DNA of 45,875 nucleotides from a virus (lineage: Duplodnaviria > Caudoviricetes): positions 1 through 45,875 of IMG/VR virus record IMGVR_UViG_3300042196_000317. One strand, written 5' to 3'. The notes below the pieces were generated by a model. That model had not been told where the DNA came from, did not search any database, and saw only the letters and a list, made by a program, of their open reading frames with translations. The position numbers were made by a program, and so were the translations under genes. Positions 42,175 to 45,875 of the stretch are shown here, piece after piece (the first letter of the stretch is position 1; every line of letters starts with the position of its first letter).

Positions 42175-42654
42175 ATGCTTGAGACGTACCCGAGCATCCA
42201 GGCGTTCTACACCCGCTACGCCGAAGCCCGGCATTCGGCCGAGTCTGACTACGGAGTGTGGTGGCGCGACGCGGACGGCGGCGTCTGGCGGGTCACCTAC
42301 GTTCACGACACCGGCCACGTCTACGCGGTCCGGGGCAGTCATTGGTCCGGGGCAGTCACCCTCGGCGACCACGAGGTCCTCGTGGTCTCGGCCGGCAACG
42401 GCGAGGGCCTCGTCGTGATCCTCGGCCGACTCCCCACGTTCACCTTGGAGCGCGAGGGGCAGCTGCAACGCGAGCTCCGCGATGCGTGGGCAGAGTCAGG
42501 CTACGCGCGCGAGCTCGCCCCTCGGAGCCAGTACTCGGGGCCCCCGGAAATGGAGTACGCCTTCGAGGGGTGGGCCGAGGTGTGCGGCACGCAGGGCTCG
42601 CTCGAGTGGGCCTACCAGCGGGTCCGCTCGTCGTCGGTCGAGGCCGGATCGTGA
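42175..42654 (+). CDS. Hypothetical protein
   Basis: AAGGAGG RBS; MLETYPSIQAFY...SAESDYGVWWRD. Confidence 0.7.
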   Translation: MLETYPSIQAFYTRYAEARHSAESDYGVWWRDADGGVWRVTYVHDTGHVYAVRGSHWSGAVTLGDHEVLVVSAGNGEGLVVILGRLPTFTLEREGQLQRELRDAWAESGYARELAPRSQYSGPPEMEYAFEGWAEVCGTQGSLEWAYQRVRSSSVEAGS

Positions 42655-43184
42655 AGGCGTGCTCGTGCGGCCAGCTCGTCGAGGATCACGTACGCTTCCA
42701 CTGGACCGGGCCCGAGCACGGTCACTACGTCGAGGAGGAGCTCCAGGTGGCCGCGGCGTCGGTCCCCGGCGGGCTGCTGATCCCCGAGAGCTGGCCGAAG
42801 CACCTGGTGTTCGCGGCGTCGTTCTTCGCGGGCCCGCCGTACATGGCGCCTCCGCCGGGCGAGGTTCCTCCGAAGCCGTGGGGCAAAGAGGCCACCCTGC
42901 GCAGGCTCGGCCTCCAGTTCCTCAAGGGCCAAGGCTACGGGGTGTGGGACCTCGAGCAGGGGTACCGCGCCGAGTCGGGCGGATCGCGCCAGGGATCCGG
43001 GATCGGTGACGCCTACGTGATCCGTCAGGACGTGCGGGCGTGGATCGAGTTCAAGCGCTACGACAACGAGCCGTCCGACGCGCAGGTCGCGTTCGGTACC
43101 GCAGTGCTCGACGCCGGCGGGATCTACCTCCTGATCTACGAGGTCGACCAGCTCGTGCGCTGGCACCAGGCGCTCGGCCGATGA
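42651..43184 (+). CDS. VRR-NUC / PD-(D/E)xK nuclease (resolvase-like)
   Basis: KEATL...GIGDAYV...WIEFKRYDNEPSDAQVAF...GGIYLL. Confidence 0.75.
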   Translation: MKACSCGQLVEDHVRFHWTGPEHGHYVEEELQVAAASVPGGLLIPESWPKHLVFAASFFAGPPYMAPPPGEVPPKPWGKEATLRRLGLQFLKGQGYGVWDLEQGYRAESGGSRQGSGIGDAYVIRQDVRAWIEFKRYDNEPSDAQVAFGTAVLDAGGIYLLIYEVDQLVRWHQALGR

Positions 43185-43414
43185 CGCCCCGGGGGAAGCA
43201 CGAGGGCCCGTCCCTCGCCGAGATCGAGGAAGCTGGCCGCGAGATCGGCCACATCATCGGCTCCCTTCTGCCCGAGGGCGTAGGGTTCGCCCTGCATCTA
43301 TGGAGCTTCGGCGACAGACCCGGGTGGGCCACGTTCGTGTCCAACGTCGATCGTAAGGATCACCTCGACGCGCTCCGCGAGATGATCTCCTTGGCGGAAG
43401 AGGAGGAGTTGTGA
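43181..43414 (+). CDS. Hypothetical phage protein
   Basis: GFALHLWSFG...FVSNVDRKD..DALRE; coupled overlaps. Confidence 0.65.
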   Translation: MTPRGKHEGPSLAEIEEAGREIGHIIGSLLPEGVGFALHLWSFGDRPGWATFVSNVDRKDHLDALREMISLAEEEEL

Positions 43415-43695
43415 GCGGCCGTCAGGCCCGGTGCCGCGGCTGCGGCCAGGCGATCACGTGGGCCGAGACCGAGCGGGGCAAGCGGATGCCGTTCGACGCG
43501 CAGCCCTCGGAAGAAGGTACCTTCGTGCTGATGAACCCGAGCGTGTTCTACGGCCGGCCCGCGGAGGACGGGACGCCGATCGCGGTCTTTCACACGAAGG
43601 CCGAAAGCGTTCGCACAATTCGCAGAAACGACGACCGCGAGCGGTTCACGCCCCATCACGCGACGTGCCCGGAGAAGGATCGATACGGATGGTGA
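43411..43695 (+). CDS. Small Zn-binding phage protein (CxxCG..I.W...HHATC)
   Basis: CRGCGQAITWAETERGKRMPFDAQP...PHHATCP. Confidence 0.7.
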   Translation: MSGRQARCRGCGQAITWAETERGKRMPFDAQPSEEGTFVLMNPSVFYGRPAEDGTPIAVFHTKAESVRTIRRNDDRERFTPHHATCPEKDRYGW

Positions 43696-43904
43696 GCCTG
43701 CTCTCGTGGTGGCGACGCTTGCAGCGTGCGATCGACCGGAGGATTCTGCTGCCCCAACTGATCGCGCAGGCTGACTCCAAACAGCAAGTGGTCTTCGCGC
43801 TCGGCCTGCACGCGAGCGTCGACCCCGCGTATTCCGATCTCAGCCTCGTCGAGTTGCACGACCTCATCCGTGAATGGGTCGACAAAGCATGGCTCGACGA
43901 CTGA
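43689..43904 (+). CDS. Hypothetical protein
   Basis: Coupled to the upstream stop; MVSLLSWWRRLQRAIDRRILLPQL... Confidence 0.5.
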   Translation: MVSLLSWWRRLQRAIDRRILLPQLIAQADSKQQVVFALGLHASVDPAYSDLSLVELHDLIREWVDKAWLDD

Positions 43905-44134
43905 AGCCGCGCTGGATCGTCTCGGGCGCGCACGACGCGGACACCGCCCTGAAGCCCGAGAGCTACAGCGCCGATCAGGCGAGCTCCTCCGCAGACGCCG
44001 CTCAGCGGTTCCTCCGCAACCAGGACAAGCTCAAGCAGCTCGGTGGCTTCGTCTCGGTCGTCGACACGGAGACGGGTCGCGAGCGCCGCTACCGGGTCCG
44101 GCCGAAGCGACCGAGGGCCAGCGCGCAGCCGTGA
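43889..44134 (+). CDS. Hypothetical protein
   Basis: Last ORF before the convergent lyase-like gene. Confidence 0.5.
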   Translation: MARRLKPRWIVSGAHDADTALKPESYSADQASSSADAAQRFLRNQDKLKQLGGFVSVVDTETGRERRYRVRPKRPRASAQP

Positions 44135-44171
44135 CCCCCATTTATCACCTGCCCACGAGATGCTCGATCCG

Positions 44172-45158
44172 TTACAACGGTCCGAGCGTCCAATCCGTGA
44201 AACCGACGTTCTTGCCGGGCACCGTCGGCGTCTCGAGGGCAAGGAACGACGCGCTCGGGCCGTAGGCTGCGCTGAGGATCCAGGAGATCCACAGATCGTC
44301 GCCCTCCGGCGGATACTCGAGGACGCGCACGATCCAGCTCGCGGCCCGTAGGATCGCGCGATCGCCCCACAGCCACACGTCGGGGTAGCCGTTCCTCGAC
44401 AGCACCCACGCAACCGCTGTGGCGCCCTGGAGCGCCTCCCACACGTAGTTCAGCCACTTCGTGCGAGGCACCGGCCAGGAGAACGGGCCGTCAGGACGGC
44501 CACCGTCCCACCTCCGCATTTCCTCGGGCTGCATGCCGTCCATCGGCGAGCTGTCGATCGTGGCGTGCATCGGTGCGACGCCGACCGGGTTAGACGGGTC
44601 CGGTTGCCACGTGAGGGGACCGAAGCTGTGGGTGAGCAGCGGGCCCTCCCCGCACCACGCCCGCACGGCTCGGGCGACGAGAGCGAGGCCCGCGGAGTCG
44701 CCGCCACGGGCGTAGACGCACGCCGCGCTGAACGCCGCGTGCAGGCCCCAATTGTTCGGCCTCCGCTCCATCGACGCGATGAGGTTCGCCTGGCCGGTGG
44801 TGGGCGTCGTGAGGAGCGGTGAGAAGTCGATGTCATCGGCGTACCCTCCCACGAGCTCGGCGGCGATCACGAACGCGCCGAGGTTGCGACTGAGCGGGAG
44901 CGTCGAGCCCTGGTAGGAACCCAGCCGCGCGATCTCGGCGACCCTCGCGACGCCCTGCATCGCCCGGTGGGCGTAGCGCGGATCCTCGAGCCTGGCGTAG
45001 ACGAGCGCGGCCGCGAGACAGTCGACGTTGTCGGTCGAGTTGCCGCCGACGAGGTCCGCGCCGCCCTGGTACGCGTCGGCCCGGGCGAGGAGCGCTTCCC
45101 ATGCCGGACCCGCGGTCGGGAGGTCGGCGAGCTCGAATCGCGAGATCCAGACGCTCAT
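44172..45158 (-). CDS. Alginate-lyase-like (alpha/alpha toroid) protein
   Basis: LAAALVYAR..DPRY, LSRNLGAFVIAAEL, RPNNWGLH, QPEEMRR, NYVWEALQG resemble the Alginate_lyase family NN(W/H) and catalytic Tyr motifs. Confidence 0.65.
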   Translation of the reverse strand: MSVWISRFELADLPTAGPAWEALLARADAYQGGADLVGGNSTDNVDCLAAALVYARLEDPRYAHRAMQGVARVAEIARLGSYQGSTLPLSRNLGAFVIAAELVGGYADDIDFSPLLTTPTTGQANLIASMERRPNNWGLHAAFSAACVYARGGDSAGLALVARAVRAWCGEGPLLTHSFGPLTWQPDPSNPVGVAPMHATIDSSPMDGMQPEEMRRWDGGRPDGPFSWPVPRTKWLNYVWEALQGATAVAWVLSRNGYPDVWLWGDRAILRAASWIVRVLEYPPEGDDLWISWILSAAYGPSASFLALETPTVPGKNVGFTDWTLGPL

Positions 45159-45694
45159 GCGGCGGAGCTCTTGCGGGCGACCACGAGGTTCCGGTTGCAG
45201 CAGACCGCGACGTCGCCGTGGTCGTTGTTAAGTAGGCGCTTAACATCGTCGCCCGAGCACGAGTCGGGCGCGTGCAGGTCCTCGATCGCGTAGTAGCCTC
45301 CGGGCCGGACGTGGCGCCAGAGCCAGGCGAACGAGAGGAGCTGATCCGTCGCTCGATGCGAGCCGTCGTCGATCACGACGTCGAACGGCGCGTGTGCCTC
45401 GGCGATGCGCCCGAGGACTGCCGGGTCCGACTGACTGCCGCGGAAGAGGCGCACGTTGTCGAGCTCGATCGCGGGCGGCCTGCGGACGTCGAGGCCGACG
45501 ATCGTCGCGTACGGGTAATACTCGGCCCACATGCGGATCGACGCGCCGCGCGCTACTCCGAACTCGAGGAGCGAGCGCACCTGGAGGCCGTGGAAGAGGA
45601 GCTCGTAGATCTCGGCGTAGCGCTTCGGGGCCAGCCGCGGGTGAGCGCTGCCCTTGTCGGTGCCGTGCTGGATCGCGAGCTCGTCGAGCGTCAC
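45155..45694 (-). CDS. Class I SAM-dependent (sugar) O-methyltransferase, MycE/TylE-like
   Basis: HGTDKG..H...Y, LLEFGVARGASIRMW, FDVVIDDGSH, PGGYYAIEDL; GTG at 45694 overlaps the upstream TGA. Confidence 0.85.
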   Translation of the reverse strand: MTLDELAIQHGTDKGSAHPRLAPKRYAEIYELLFHGLQVRSLLEFGVARGASIRMWAEYYPYATIVGLDVRRPPAIELDNVRLFRGSQSDPAVLGRIAEAHAPFDVVIDDGSHRATDQLLSFAWLWRHVRPGGYYAIEDLHAPDSCSGDDVKRLLNNDHGDVAVCCNRNLVVARKSSAA

Positions 45695-45875
45695 TTCCAG
45701 CTGACGTACCACTCGCGCTCAAGCCACGAGTGCGCGGCGTCGGGCGCGTGCTGCGTGTGGTAGAGCTCCATCCCGTCGAACAGGTTGCCCGGCCGGGTCG
45801 GGTCGTCCCACGTGAGCCCCGTCCACGGGCTCCCGGGAACCTCCTGGCCGTTCACGAAGATGCGCAGGGTGCCGT
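45691..45875 (-). CDS. C-terminal ~60 aa of the lyase/lectin-like gene that begins at 1732
   Basis: Reads GTLRIFVNGQEVPGSPWTGLTW...EREWYVSWK*, continuing KNGTLRI from the window start. Confidence 0.75.
   Translation of the reverse strand, partial: GTLRIFVNGQEVPGSPWTGLTWDDPTRPGNLFDGMELYHTQHAPDAAHSWLEREWYVSWK

Noticed and set aside
1-45875. tRNA genes, diversity-generating retroelement, integrase/att site, and a specific host assignment
   Set aside because: I saw no convincing tRNA cloverleaf with T-loop consensus, no reverse transcriptase or TR/VR pair and no recombinase motifs. The host cannot be determined from sequence inspection alone.

Overview
This window looks like an essentially complete, circularly permuted tailed-phage genome (about 45.86 kb, very GC-rich, roughly 70% by eye). 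The two ends overlap by 18 nt inside one gene. A long minus-strand late module (about 42100 to 10457) encodes TerS-like proteins, TerL, portal, scaffold, major capsid, two adaptor paralogs, nozzle/tail proteins, three podovirus-type ejection proteins and a holin-like protein. The largest ejection protein is a 2718-aa polyvalent protein with GGDEF, HExxH and LPD38-like regions. Accessory genes in the packaging region include two glycosyltransferases, an FkbM methyltransferase, Acb2/Tad1-like and RyR-domain proteins, a PAPS-reductase-like protein, an RNAP alpha-CTD-like protein and a LuxR-type HTH. Early regions encode an HTH replication initiator with internal iterons, a Rad52/Sak-like recombinase, DUF932, a ParB-like protein, a VRR-NUC nuclease and an M15 endolysin. 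A separate lyase-like/O-methyltransferase/lyase-like operon spans the window ends. I recognised no integrase, DNA polymerase, tRNA or CRISPR array. The most striking observations are (1) a homologous signal-peptide-like leader on both capsid and scaffold, (2) a tandem 'ES..ESV' peptide tag in four virion proteins alongside phage glycosyltransferases, and (3) a probably virion-delivered diguanylate cyclase domain next to an in-frame canonical parS core. All family assignments come from motif recognition by eye, not from database searches.
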